From the NCBI GenBank assembly GCA_016234555.1, contig JACRBJ010000018.1, positions 18,912-82,911 on the forward strand: 64,000 nucleotides of DNA, read 5' to 3'. This DNA comes from Chloroflexota bacterium. GTDB taxonomy: Bacteria > Chloroflexota > Anaerolineae > Anaerolineales > Villigracilaceae. The notes under the pieces are model-generated. The model searched no databases, had not been told where the DNA came from, and saw only the letters and a program-made list of their open reading frames with translations. Made by a program: the position numbers and the translations under genes. This document shows, one piece after another, positions 9,968 through 19,331 of the stretch (its first letter is position 1; each line of letters opens with the position of its first letter).

Positions 9968-10792
9968 CTACTTCACGATCTCCACTTCGGCGCTCATGCC
10001 CCAGAGCAGACCTTCGGGCTGTTCGTCCAGTTCAATCGTGACTGGATAAACCACATCCCCACCGACAGTTTCTGACATCGGCGATATTCTCGTCACCCTG
10101 CCAGTAACTGTGACATTCAGCGCTTCGATGTAAACATTTGCGGTTTGACCAATTTGCACGGCTGGCACATCGCGTTCGCTGAGGTCTGTAGTTTCGACCT
10201 GCATGTTGGCAACATCCGCCAGTGTAATGACCACCTGTCCCGACTGCGCAAACTCACCGGGTTTGATATTGATATCCACGACAGTTCCATCGAAAGGAGC
10301 CAGGAGCGCGCCATGTGCAAACTCATATTTTGCGGCATCCAGATCGGCTTGCGCAACTTGCAGTCTGGCTTCCATCTCATTGCGTTTTTCAACATATCCA
10401 GCGGCGTAAAGCACCTTGCCTTCTGAGACAACTTTTTTATAGGGGTCTTTCGCACGGTTGAACAACGCTTCCGCCGAAACAACCGACCATTCCGCTTCCT
10501 GCACGGCAAGTTCAAGGTCAGGGGTAAACAAAACCATCAACGGCTGTCCCAGCTTTACGGTATCGCCCTCCCTGACGAGGACTTCCTTTACCGGGGCTGA
10601 TATGAGAAAACTCATCCCAGCCTGCCGCCCCGGGCGAACCACCGCCGAAGCGATCACAGCATCCGCTGCCGGGGAGACGTCAGCCACACCAGACTTGGTC
10701 GGGGACGGGGCAGCAACCGGCGCGGAGGGCGATCCACATGCCGCGAGGATCAAAACCAGCGCGGTAGGTATCATCCAAAAAAATTTCTTCAT
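9968..10792 (-). CDS. Efflux membrane-fusion (HlyD/MacA-like) adaptor lipoprotein 2
   Basis: Lipobox LAAC; barrel-sandwich motifs V-EGD-VK-GQ-L and L-APFDGTV; C-terminal LLWGMSAEV. Confidence 0.85.
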   Translation of the reverse strand: MKKFFWMIPTALVLILAACGSPSAPVAAPSPTKSGVADVSPAADAVIASAVVRPGRQAGMSFLISAPVKEVLVREGDTVKLGQPLMVLFTPDLELAVQEAEWSVVSAEALFNRAKDPYKKVVSEGKVLYAAGYVEKRNEMEARLQVAQADLDAAKYEFAHGALLAPFDGTVVDINIKPGEFAQSGQVVITLADVANMQVETTDLSERDVPAVQIGQTANVYIEALNVTVTGRVTRISPMSETVGGDVVYPVTIELDEQPEGLLWGMSAEVEIVK

Positions 10793-10801
10793 GATGACCT
10801 T

Positions 10802-11605
10802 CTATTCAGACTCGATCTTCACATCGGCGCTCATGCCCCAGCGCAAACCTTCGGGCTGGTCGTCGAGTTCGACGGTGACTTTGAAGACCACGTCGCCGCC
10901 GACGGTTTCAGAGATGCGGGCGACGTCGATCACCTTGCCGCTGAAATTCTGATTCAGGGCTTCGATAAAAACGTCGGCAGGTTGACCAACCTCGATGCCC
11001 GTTACATCCTTTTCGCTCAAATCGGTGGTTTCGATTTGGAAATGTGAAAGGTCGCCCAGCACGATTACGACCTGACCGGGGCTGGCAAACTCGGAAGGGG
11101 AAATATCCACCGACGCAATTGTCCCATCAAACGGGGCGGTGAGCGTGGCTTGCGCAAGCTGCGCCTTTGCAATCTCCACCAGGGCTTTCATGCGTTCCAC
11201 GTCCGCATTTGCGGCATCGAGATTTTCCTGCGACGTGCCAACGCGAATCAAATACGCAACCTGCGTTTCTTCCGCGATGACGTTTGCTTCCGCTTCCCTG
11301 ACCTTTGCTTCAAGGATGGAGGTGTCAAGCGTGACGAGGATATCGCCCGCCTTGACCGAGTCACCTGTTTCCACCTCGACAGTTTTGACCGCGCCCGAAA
11401 GCGGGAAGGAAAGTTCCACCTTGTTGACCGGCACGACGACTGCCGAAGCGCTTGCCTGAGTGGCAGATGTGACGGATGTGGCGGAGGAATCTGCCCCCGT
11501 CGAGTCAAGCGAGACGGTGGGAATTGCCTCCGGGACAGCGGATGTGGCGCAAGCGGATAGCGCGAGCGTGAGGATGGCTGTCAACATAAAAAGTACTTTT
11601 TTCAT
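10802..11605 (-). CDS. Efflux membrane-fusion (HlyD/MacA-like) adaptor lipoprotein 1
   Basis: Lipobox LSAC; LTAPFDGTI, ETTDLSE, LRWGMSA; paralog of the neighbouring gene. Confidence 0.85.
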   Translation of the reverse strand: MKKVLFMLTAILTLALSACATSAVPEAIPTVSLDSTGADSSATSVTSATQASASAVVVPVNKVELSFPLSGAVKTVEVETGDSVKAGDILVTLDTSILEAKVREAEANVIAEETQVAYLIRVGTSQENLDAANADVERMKALVEIAKAQLAQATLTAPFDGTIASVDISPSEFASPGQVVIVLGDLSHFQIETTDLSEKDVTGIEVGQPADVFIEALNQNFSGKVIDVARISETVGGDVVFKVTVELDDQPEGLRWGMSADVKIESE

Positions 11606-11686
11606 TTGTTTGCTCCATTAAAATAGGTTGTGCTTCCGTCGTGACGTCAATATATTTCACCAGATCGCATGGGTCTTGCCCATATT

Positions 11687-12370
11687 TCACCGGGACGCGT
11701 CCTTCGTAATCATCCCATCTTCCAGAGTCACAACGCGGTTGGCGTAACTGATGACGCGCGGGTCATGGGTGGCGAAGATGAAAGTGACGCCTGTTTCCTT
11801 GTTGAGTTTCTGCATGATCTCCATCACTTGTTTGCCGTTTTCGGTGTCGAGGTTGGCGGTGGGTTCGTCGGCGAGGATGATGACGGGATTGGTGGCGAGG
11901 GCGCGGGCGATGGCGACGCGCTGCTGTTGTCCGCCGCTGAGTTGGTCGGGACGGTGATGGGCGCGGTCTTCAAGGCTGACGGCTTTGAGCAGCTCGTTCA
12001 CGCGCACCTTGCGTTCACTGTCCTTTTGACGATTTAGCAACAGGGGCATCTCGATGTTTTCATAAGCAGTCAAAGTCGGGATGAGCGCGAAGAATTGGAA
12101 GATGAATCCCAACGTGACCTTGCGCAAGTCGGCGCGCTGGTTGCGGGTTAACTTGGTTGCATCCTGTCCGTTGATGACCACCGTCCCCGAAGTGGGCTGG
12201 TCGAGACAGCCGATGAGTTGCAGCAGGGTGGTCTTGCCCGAACCGGAAGGTCCAACCAATGCCGTGAATTCGCCCGATTGAATTGATAAATCCACACCGC
12301 GCAGGGCACGGGTTTCCACTTCGCCGACTTTGAAATTGCGGGTAATGTTCGTGAGTTTTGCGACTTCCAT
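11687..12370 (-). CDS. ABC transporter ATP-binding protein (LolD/MacB-like)
   Basis: [32 protein letters not shown]. Confidence 0.95.
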   Translation of the reverse strand: MEVAKLTNITRNFKVGEVETRALRGVDLSIQSGEFTALVGPSGSGKTTLLQLIGCLDQPTSGTVVINGQDATKLTRNQRADLRKVTLGFIFQFFALIPTLTAYENIEMPLLLNRQKDSERKVRVNELLKAVSLEDRAHHRPDQLSGGQQQRVAIARALATNPVIILADEPTANLDTENGKQVMEIMQKLNKETGVTFIFATHDPRVISYANRVVTLEDGMITKDASR

Positions 12371-12382
12371 TTTTTTCTCCTT

Positions 12383-12417
12383 CAGGTGACAGTCATTTTG
12401 AAAGTGACTGTCACCTG
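12383..12417. repeat. REP-like 35-bp palindrome, family A, copy 2
   Basis: CAGGTGACAGTCATTTTGAAAGTGACTGTCACCTG. Confidence 0.85.
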
Positions 12418-12424
12418 TTGTAGT

Positions 12425-13639
12425 TTATTTTCCATGCAATGCTTCGACGGGTTCCATGCGCGCGGCGAGCGTGGCGGGATACAGCGAAGCGAGTAATGTA
12501 ACGATGTACGCGACAACCGCCAGATAAATGGTGTCCTGCACCGTCAGGTGGGCATAAATCTGGTCTCCCATCAGGATGCCCGTCATGCCCATGTCGCCGA
12601 TGAAGAATCCGTACACGGTGAAGTACCAGACCAAAGCTCCGCCGAGGATCAGCCCGCCGAGGATGCCCAGCGTGGCAATCATCGCGCCTTCGACGAGGAA
12701 TTGCGCCATGATGCGCCGTCCCTTCATCCCAATCGCGGCAAGAATGCCAATCTCACGTGTCCGCTCGAAGACCGCCATCACCAGCGTGTTCGTCACGACG
12801 GTTGCGGTGATGCCCAGCACGATCAAATACAACACGGTCATGTAGGCGTCGGCAAAACTTTCGAACTGCACGATCAGGTCGTTCATCTCCTCCCATGTCA
12901 CCGCTTTCATGTTCGATGATTGAAGCGCAGAGGCAACGCTTTCCGCCTGCTCGCGGTCTTGCAGCATGACAAAGATGATCGTCGCATGGTCGCCCGCGCC
13001 CATGAACGCCTGCGCCTTGACCAGCGGCATGAACACCGAACTTTCGTCATAGCCAACGGTGTTGGTGGTGTAGATTCCGCGCACGGTAAACATTTGCTCG
13101 TCCACATCGCCCTCGGATTTGTTGACCAGCAAACTGACCTGGTCGCCAGCTTTGAGGTTGAACTTCCGCGCCAGCGGTCTGCCGATGAGGATTCCTTCTC
13201 GGTCCTCGGGGCTGATGAAGTTACCTTCGAGCAATCCTTTGCGGAAGACCTGATTCGCGGGGGAAGCTGGGTCGATGCCGATGACTTGAACGCCTGCGGA
13301 GTTTTCTCCGCGCGAGACGATGCCGCTGGCGAACAAACGCGGTGTAGCTTCCACCACCTGCGGAATGTTTTTCAACTTTGCGATCACACCTTGCGGGTCG
13401 GCGATCAAATCCTCCCACTTCAGGCTTGTCTTGTTTTCGTTGTAATCCACAGGACGGATTTGCAGGTGTCCGCTTTGCAGGCGGATGGTGTTTTCCAATG
13501 CACCGCGCATTTCGCCGTCCACAACAGACGCCATCAACAGCAGCAGCGACATGCCAATGGAGACCGCCAGCGCAGAAAGCAGCGAGCGCCGCTTGTTGCG
13601 TCCCAGGTCTCGAAAAGCCATTTTGAATAATTGAGTCAT
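12425..13639 (-). CDS. ABC transporter permease (FtsX/LolCE-like)
   Basis: AFRDLGRNKRRS, VFERTREIGILAAIGM, ARMEPVEAL. Confidence 0.9.
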   Translation of the reverse strand: MTQLFKMAFRDLGRNKRRSLLSALAVSIGMSLLLLMASVVDGEMRGALENTIRLQSGHLQIRPVDYNENKTSLKWEDLIADPQGVIAKLKNIPQVVEATPRLFASGIVSRGENSAGVQVIGIDPASPANQVFRKGLLEGNFISPEDREGILIGRPLARKFNLKAGDQVSLLVNKSEGDVDEQMFTVRGIYTTNTVGYDESSVFMPLVKAQAFMGAGDHATIIFVMLQDREQAESVASALQSSNMKAVTWEEMNDLIVQFESFADAYMTVLYLIVLGITATVVTNTLVMAVFERTREIGILAAIGMKGRRIMAQFLVEGAMIATLGILGGLILGGALVWYFTVYGFFIGDMGMTGILMGDQIYAHLTVQDTIYLAVVAYIVTLLASLYPATLAARMEPVEALHGK

Positions 13640-13726
13640 GTTATATCTCTTTCACGGACCTGAAAGGTTTCATCAAATTTGACTTGACCAATCAGTATCC
13701 TGTGGAAACTTGTCAGGTCTTTTGCT

Positions 13727-14956
13727 TTACACATAATGCAGCGCCTCGGCGGGTTCGCGGCGGGAGGCTTCGGTGGCGGGAATCCATGCCGCGAGGGTGG
13801 AAATCACGATCACGCTCATCATGCGCGAGAACAGGTTTTCCACGCCCAGAGTGGGATAGATCTTTCCCGTGATGAGCGCCATGTATTCGGTGATGTCGGC
13901 ATACGATGAGTAGTCGAAACCAATTTGCATGCCAATCAGATTGAACGTCACGCCCAGGGCAGCACCTGCCACTGCCCCGACCACGCCGATCAACGTCCCT
14001 TCGAGGATGAAGAGCGCGGCGATCTGTCGCGGCTTGAGTCCCATTGCGCCCAGCAGACCGATCTCACGCGTACGTTCGTAAATCGCCATCAACAACAGGT
14101 TCAAAATCCCGATGCCCGCAATTGCAATGATGATCACGCCAAAGACATTCATCACCGAACTCTTGCGGGAGATGGTGGTCTTCAATTCGGGGTAGTTCTG
14201 CTCCCATGATTCCACCTCGTAGCCGGGCAACAGCGGAATGAGCGCATTCACCACCGCAGGTTCGTTCCCAAGTTGTTCGATGTTCACTTGTATCTCGGTG
14301 GATTGATCGCCCAATCCGTACAACGACTGCGCTTCCGCAAGTGAAATATAAAGCGTGTTCTTTTCGTTGGTTGGCACACCGATGTCGTAGATGCCGACGA
14401 CGGTCATGGTGCGCTGGCGGTTCTGCTTGTTGACATCGCTGCCGACGAGGGTGATTCGATCTCCGACTTTGAGAAGCATCTCGTCTGCGAGTCCGCGCCC
14501 GATCAAAACCACATCCTGGTCATCGGAGGCGAGCCAGCGTCCCTCCGCGATGTTTTGTTCGATCAAACTGACGGGCGCTTCGGCTTCGGGGTCGATACCG
14601 ATGATGCTGAGGGAGAACGCGCCCTCGCGGTTGGTGACCATGCCCCCGGTTTGGATTCTGCGTGTGGCGGAGATCACGCCCGGTTGCGCCAGCGCGGCTT
14701 GAATCGCCACCTCGTCATCCTGCAAGGGCAGCAGCGGATTGCTCTCGAATTTTTCGCGGTATCCCGCCGCGTGAATCTGAATGTTGCCACCCAGCACGCG
14801 GATTGCGTTGCCATAGATGGCTTGGTTGAATCCCTCGATCAGTCCGTCATACATCATCATCAATGCCAGGGAAAGTCCCATCGCGCCAATGATGATGACC
14901 GTGCGGCGACGGTGCCGCCAGATGTTGCGCCATGCGAGGCGCAGGTATAAGGTCAT
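13727..14956 (-). CDS. ABC transporter permease (FtsX/LolCE-like)
   Basis: AWRNIWRHRRRT, YERTREIGLLGAMG, EPAEAL. Confidence 0.9.
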   Translation of the reverse strand: MTLYLRLAWRNIWRHRRRTVIIIGAMGLSLALMMMYDGLIEGFNQAIYGNAIRVLGGNIQIHAAGYREKFESNPLLPLQDDEVAIQAALAQPGVISATRRIQTGGMVTNREGAFSLSIIGIDPEAEAPVSLIEQNIAEGRWLASDDQDVVLIGRGLADEMLLKVGDRITLVGSDVNKQNRQRTMTVVGIYDIGVPTNEKNTLYISLAEAQSLYGLGDQSTEIQVNIEQLGNEPAVVNALIPLLPGYEVESWEQNYPELKTTISRKSSVMNVFGVIIIAIAGIGILNLLLMAIYERTREIGLLGAMGLKPRQIAALFILEGTLIGVVGAVAGAALGVTFNLIGMQIGFDYSSYADITEYMALITGKIYPTLGVENLFSRMMSVIVISTLAAWIPATEASRREPAEALHYV

Positions 14957-14972
14957 TTGTTTTTCCTTTCGG

Positions 14973-15635
14973 TCAATTCCTGCTTACAAATTGCGATTCC
15001 GTTTTTCGCAAACCATATTCCATCACATACAGGAATTTGTCTATCTTTTCCTGGGTCTTTGCAGAGCGCAGCCATTTCATGACATCTCTTTGCTTCATAC
15101 CTTCGTTTAGGATATAGGTATTAATTGCATAAGTCCAAGTATCCATAATTATGACAGCCAGTTCCACATCCACACTGGGGTCTACCTCTCCATTCTCCAT
15201 TGCCTGCTTGACCATCATGGAAATCCCATCTGTTGCCATCTTGTGGTATTCGATGAAGTCTTTTCCGTAATAAAGCCCTTCGGCAAGCAGGACGCGGCTA
15301 ACTGCTTGCACCAGGCGCGGATAGGAGGAGTTGAACTCCATGCCTGTTTTTATCATCCAGCGAAAATATTCGAAGGTATCCAGGTTGGTGCTTGGCGGAT
15401 GTTTCCCCTTGTAGTACTCGGTCTTTTCATTCGCAAGCACATCCATCAAGTATTTGAACACGTCCATTTTGTCTTCAAAGTATTGATAGAAACTGCCTTT
15501 TGAAATTCCACTGTTTGCCACGATACGGTTGATGGATGAAGCCTCAAAACCGTAATCGGCGAATTCATCTATCGCGGCATCGATGACCGCCTGACGCTTC
15601 TCTTCGGGGAGGTTGAGAAAAGTTTGTTTGGGCAT
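14973..15635 (-). CDS. TetR/AcrR-family transcriptional regulator
   Basis: MPKQTFLNLPEEKR...ASSINRIV...ISKGSFYQYFEDK helix-turn-helix. Confidence 0.92.
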   Translation of the reverse strand: MPKQTFLNLPEEKRQAVIDAAIDEFADYGFEASSINRIVANSGISKGSFYQYFEDKMDVFKYLMDVLANEKTEYYKGKHPPSTNLDTFEYFRWMIKTGMEFNSSYPRLVQAVSRVLLAEGLYYGKDFIEYHKMATDGISMMVKQAMENGEVDPSVDVELAVIIMDTWTYAINTYILNEGMKQRDVMKWLRSAKTQEKIDKFLYVMEYGLRKTESQFVSRN

Positions 15636-15636
15636 T

Positions 15637-15713
15637 TGTGACCTCTAGGTCATGTGACTTGGTGGTCATGTGACCACCAAGTCACATTGTACGACAATTC
15701 TCCCGCCTGTCAA
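15637..15713 (-). promoter_or_regulatory. Promoter with three tandem TGAC-N6-GTCA operator boxes
   Basis: TGTGACCTCTAGGTCA / TGTGACTTGGTGGTCA / TGTGACCACCAAGTCA (15637-15684), directly downstream of minus-strand TTGACA-16 bp-TACAAT. Confidence 0.75.
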
Positions 15714-15850
15714 GAGGCATGGCTTGTGTGAAAAGTTAACGGGTCTCTAACGGGAAAACCCTTGCAATTCTGTAAACAAGTTATACAATTAAACCATCAA
15801 GCAAAAATGTCTTGATAATTCGATAAATTATTTCAAAGGAGATATATATC

Positions 15851-16330
15851 ATGGGACTCTTCGGTAAAATTCTCGAAAAGCTTGGACTCAAAAAAGGTGA
15901 GGAAACCAAGCCTGCAGCCGCCACAGCTGCCGCGACCGTTAAACCCGCTGCCCCTGCTGCAAAGCCCGCTGCTGAAGCCGTGAAGCCAAAGCCGGTCGCC
16001 AGTGCGCAACCAACGCCAAGCACCGCAAAAGGCAGTTACGAACCCGTATCGTCGTCGGGACCGGCGCCAATTTCTGAAGTGGACGTGGTCAAGCAATTGG
16101 AAAAACTTTCCCTTGGGAAAGGGCTTGATTGGAAAGTCTCCATCGTGGACCTGCTCAAACTGCTGGACATCGACAGCAGCCGCGAAGCCCGCAATGAACT
16201 GGCGACCGAGCTCGGTTGCCCTGCTGACCTGATGAAAGACTCTGCCAAGATGAACGTCTGGCTCCACAAGGAAGTCTTGAGGCAGATCGCCAAGAACGGC
16301 GGCAACATCCCGGCAAATCTTCTGGACTAA
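15851..16330 (+). CDS. DUF3597-family protein
   Basis: MGLFGKIL, Ala/Pro linker, LDWKVSIVDLLKLLDIDSS...DSAKMNVWLHKEVL...NGGNIP. Confidence 0.8.
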   Translation: MGLFGKILEKLGLKKGEETKPAAATAAATVKPAAPAAKPAAEAVKPKPVASAQPTPSTAKGSYEPVSSSGPAPISEVDVVKQLEKLSLGKGLDWKVSIVDLLKLLDIDSSREARNELATELGCPADLMKDSAKMNVWLHKEVLRQIAKNGGNIPANLLD

Positions 16331-16339
16331 CCCCATTTC

Positions 16340-16377
16340 AAAAAAACAGCGCGGACTCAATCCGCGCTGTTTTTTTG
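16340..16377. terminator. Bidirectional terminator
   Basis: AAAAAAACAGCGCGGA-CTCAA-TCCGCGCTGTTTTTTT. Confidence 0.8.
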
Positions 16378-17181
16378 ATTCCCATAGGTCAGGCTTTTAA
16401 CCTGACTGATTCTCTCCCACATCATCTTTATCAACAACCCCGCCCGCCAAAAAGCCACAGCCGCCATGCCATGCGCAAGGACCGCAAACAAGGGAGGCTT
16501 TTCAAAAGTGTAGTATGTCCAACATTCGCGGGTGGTCCCCCACAGTTCAAGGAAATAACCAAGCCCCGCCCCGGCGGCAAAGGTCAGGAAGGCAAAGCGG
16601 TAATCGGTTGGTGTGAAGATAAGCAGAATACACAACGCCAACGACAGCCAGGTATAAGACTTGTCGAAGGTCGGGGAAATGAAGACCAGCATCAGGATTA
16701 GGAAAGGGACGAAAGTCAGCCAGTAAAGGGAGGTCAGTAATCGGTAATCAGTCGATTTGACATGCTTGTTTGTCCGCTCGATTGCCCAGTTGAAGAATCT
16801 TGTAATGCGATCAATTGAAAGGCTTGCGATGGGCCAGGCGGGGATGATCCACAAAGGCGGGCGTTCCGCCGTATAGTAATGCCAAAGGTTGGTCTGCGTT
16901 CCCCACGATTCGATTGCCAGCCCACCGCAGATGCCAACGAAGATGATCAGCAAATCGGTCTTGAGGTTTGCCCGCGCCACAATCGTCAGCGACATGAAAA
17001 AGAAAATGCCGAGCAACAACCAATCCATGTAAAGCCACCAGGGACCGTTCCAATCAATGTAAGAAAACACCTCCTCAGCAAGGGGCCACCAAACGTAAAC
17101 GATGAGAAAAATGGTAACGAAGAACCCGCCAAGCATGATGGACGAGTCGCGAGTCCAGAAGGGACGTTTTTGGTTTTCCAT
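16357..17181 (-). CDS. Hypothetical integral membrane protein with internal duplication
   Basis: Two repeats of E-WGT...W-YYT-E-PPL; probable leaderless start MENQKR, with TATAAT 7 nt upstream. Confidence 0.7.
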   Translation of the reverse strand: MENQKRPFWTRDSSIMLGGFFVTIFLIVYVWWPLAEEVFSYIDWNGPWWLYMDWLLLGIFFFMSLTIVARANLKTDLLIIFVGICGGLAIESWGTQTNLWHYYTAERPPLWIIPAWPIASLSIDRITRFFNWAIERTNKHVKSTDYRLLTSLYWLTFVPFLILMLVFISPTFDKSYTWLSLALCILLIFTPTDYRFAFLTFAAGAGLGYFLELWGTTRECWTYYTFEKPPLFAVLAHGMAAVAFWRAGLLIKMMWERISQVKSLTYGNQKNSAD

Positions 17182-17329
17182 GCGTGGCATTATATAATAC
17201 CCACGGTCAAAAATTGCGCTTTCCGCCTTCAGAAAAAGCGCAATTCCCTGGCACCGCCCGCCAGGGCAGGTGTTTGACCGAGTGCGGTATATCTGACTCA
17301 CAATCTTCATTCTCATGTAAAATAGCCCC

Positions 17330-18853
17330 ATGCTCTCCCGCATCTATTCCTGTGCCGTAGTGGGACTTGATGGTGTCATCGTCGAAGTCGAAGTGGATTA
17401 CACCAACGGCTTGCCCGGCATGACGATTGTTGGGCTCCCAGACACGGCCGTTCAAGAAAGCCGTGAACGTGTGCAGACTGCCGTCAAGAATGCGGGCTTG
17501 CATTTCCCCCGCCATCGTATTGTTGTCAACCTCGCACCCGCCTCCGTCCGCAAGGAAGGTCCCGCGTATGATTTGCCCATTGCGCTGGGCGTCATCGTCC
17601 TCGCGGGCTTTCTTCCACACGATGCCATCGAAAATACATTGGTCATTGGCGAACTTTCTTTGGATGGGATCGTCCGTCACACGCGCGGGGTCCTGCCGAT
17701 GGCTGCCGCCGCCCGCGCCAACGGCTTCAAGCGGATGTTCGTCCCCGAAGTGGATGCGCCCGAAGCGGCTTTGATTCCAGACCTGGAGATTATCCCGGTC
17801 AAAACGCTTGCAGACCTTTACAACCATCTGGCTGGTCGGCAAACCATTGAGCCCTATCTCCCCGCAGGCGACTCGCTCGAGCCGCTGTTCATCCCCACAG
17901 ATTTCAGCGAAGTCAAAGGACAGGAACACGTCAAACGTGCGCTTGAAGTTGCCGCGGCTGGAGGACACAATGTACTTATGGTCGGCTCGCCCGGCGCGGG
18001 GAAAACCCTACTTGCCCGCGCCCTGCCTGGTATTCTTCCTGAAATGAGCATCGACGAATCTTTGGATGTGACCCGAATCTACTCGGTGGCTGACCAGCTT
18101 CCAGCGGGGACTCCGCTCATTCGCCATCGTCCGTTCCGTGCGCCGCATCATACCATTTCACACGCCGGACTCGTCGGCGGCGGAAACATCCCCAAGCCCG
18201 GTGAAATCTCTCTTGCCCATCGCGGCGTCCTCTTTCTCGATGAATTCCCCGAATTCGGCACGCGTGTCCTCGAAGTGATGCGCCAGCCGATGGAAGACAA
18301 GGTTGTCACTATCAGCCGCGCAAAAGGCTCGCTAACTTTCTCCGCAAACTTTCAACTGATCGCAGCGATGAATCCCTGTCCATGCGGATATTACGGCGAC
18401 TCGCTCAAACCCTGCACCTGTGCACCCGTTGTGGTCACAAAATATCAAAAGCGGATTTCAGGTCCCCTGCTCGACCGTATCGATATTCACATCGAAGTCC
18501 CGCGTGTGGATTATGAAAAGTTGAGCAGCAGTCGAACCAGCGAAACCAGCGATTCAATCCGTGCCAGGGTGCAGGCGGCAAGGGAAATTCAGCGTCAACG
18601 ATTCAGCGATTCAACGGACATCGTCTGTAATGCGGATATGCGGATTGCTGAGATTAGGAAGTTTTGCCATTTGCAGGATGAAGGTCAAAGCCTGATGCGG
18701 GCGGCAATGAGTCAGTTGAATTTATCAGCGCGCGCCTATCATCGAATTCTGAAGTTAGCACGGACCATCGCAGATTTGGCAAGGAGCGAAGAAATTCAGT
18801 CCGCGCATTTGGCGGAGGCGCTGCAATACCGTCCGAAGTTGATGTTGGGGTAG
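17330..18853 (+). CDS. comM: ComM/YifB Mg-chelatase-like AAA+ ATPase
   Basis: IVGLPDTAVQESRERV, NLAPA, GSPGAGKT, RPFRAPHH, LFLDEFPEF, AAMNPCPCG, SGPLLDRID, LSARAYHR. Confidence 0.95.
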   Translation: MLSRIYSCAVVGLDGVIVEVEVDYTNGLPGMTIVGLPDTAVQESRERVQTAVKNAGLHFPRHRIVVNLAPASVRKEGPAYDLPIALGVIVLAGFLPHDAIENTLVIGELSLDGIVRHTRGVLPMAAAARANGFKRMFVPEVDAPEAALIPDLEIIPVKTLADLYNHLAGRQTIEPYLPAGDSLEPLFIPTDFSEVKGQEHVKRALEVAAAGGHNVLMVGSPGAGKTLLARALPGILPEMSIDESLDVTRIYSVADQLPAGTPLIRHRPFRAPHHTISHAGLVGGGNIPKPGEISLAHRGVLFLDEFPEFGTRVLEVMRQPMEDKVVTISRAKGSLTFSANFQLIAAMNPCPCGYYGDSLKPCTCAPVVVTKYQKRISGPLLDRIDIHIEVPRVDYEKLSSSRTSETSDSIRARVQAAREIQRQRFSDSTDIVCNADMRIAEIRKFCHLQDEGQSLMRAAMSQLNLSARAYHRILKLARTIADLARSEEIQSAHLAEALQYRPKLMLG

Positions 18854-18924
18854 GCGGAACTGCATTGTATAATGAATTGCAAAAGACGTGGCTGCTTACT
18901 GCGTCTCGAATTTAAATCTGATAT

Positions 18925-19068
18925 TATGTGAACGTCGAAAGCCGGTCGACTATCTACTAGACAAGAGCAAGGGCGTCATCGTAGGGGGATTTTGGATGCT
19001 ACACAAAACCGGAAGCAGACCTGCAATGTGACTAGCACGAAGCGCGTGAGAGGTTACCCAAGTCGGGC
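18925..19068 (+). other. Possible group II intron domain I remnant
   Basis: Ordered motifs TATGTGAACGT, GGGCGTCATCGTAG, GGATGCTAC, GACTAGCA, CCAAGTCGGG recalled from CL-class group II intron 5' regions; no GUGYG end, domain V or RT seen. Confidence 0.3.
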
Positions 19069-19142
19069 ATGTTGGATGGAAACAGCAAGTTTTAATGTGA
19101 TAAGGTTTTTGGGAGCAAATACAATAATATGACGTATGTTAG

Positions 19143-19171
19143 TTGACATTGTATATCATTCTAACTAAACT
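19143..19171 (+). promoter_or_regulatory. Putative sigma70 promoter for the PAS-kai operon
   Basis: TTGACA-17 bp-TAAACT in an AT-rich region. Confidence 0.5.
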
Positions 19172-19331
19172 ATTATCACGGATATTGAGCTTTTTGATGT
19201 ATTTGGACAGAACTTGCGCCCTTATTACAGATTAATTTAGCTAATTGGATGAATGTGTTCCTTCATGACCTTGGGGCAGTGATGGTACTCGCGCCGGCTG
19301 GATAGTTACTCCAAGAGATCTGAGGTTTCTT

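Noticed and set aside
17182-17343. N-terminal extension of the 16357 membrane protein as given in the ORF track
   Set aside because: Overlaps the comM start; a -10 box 7 nt before ATG 17181 better supports the shorter start
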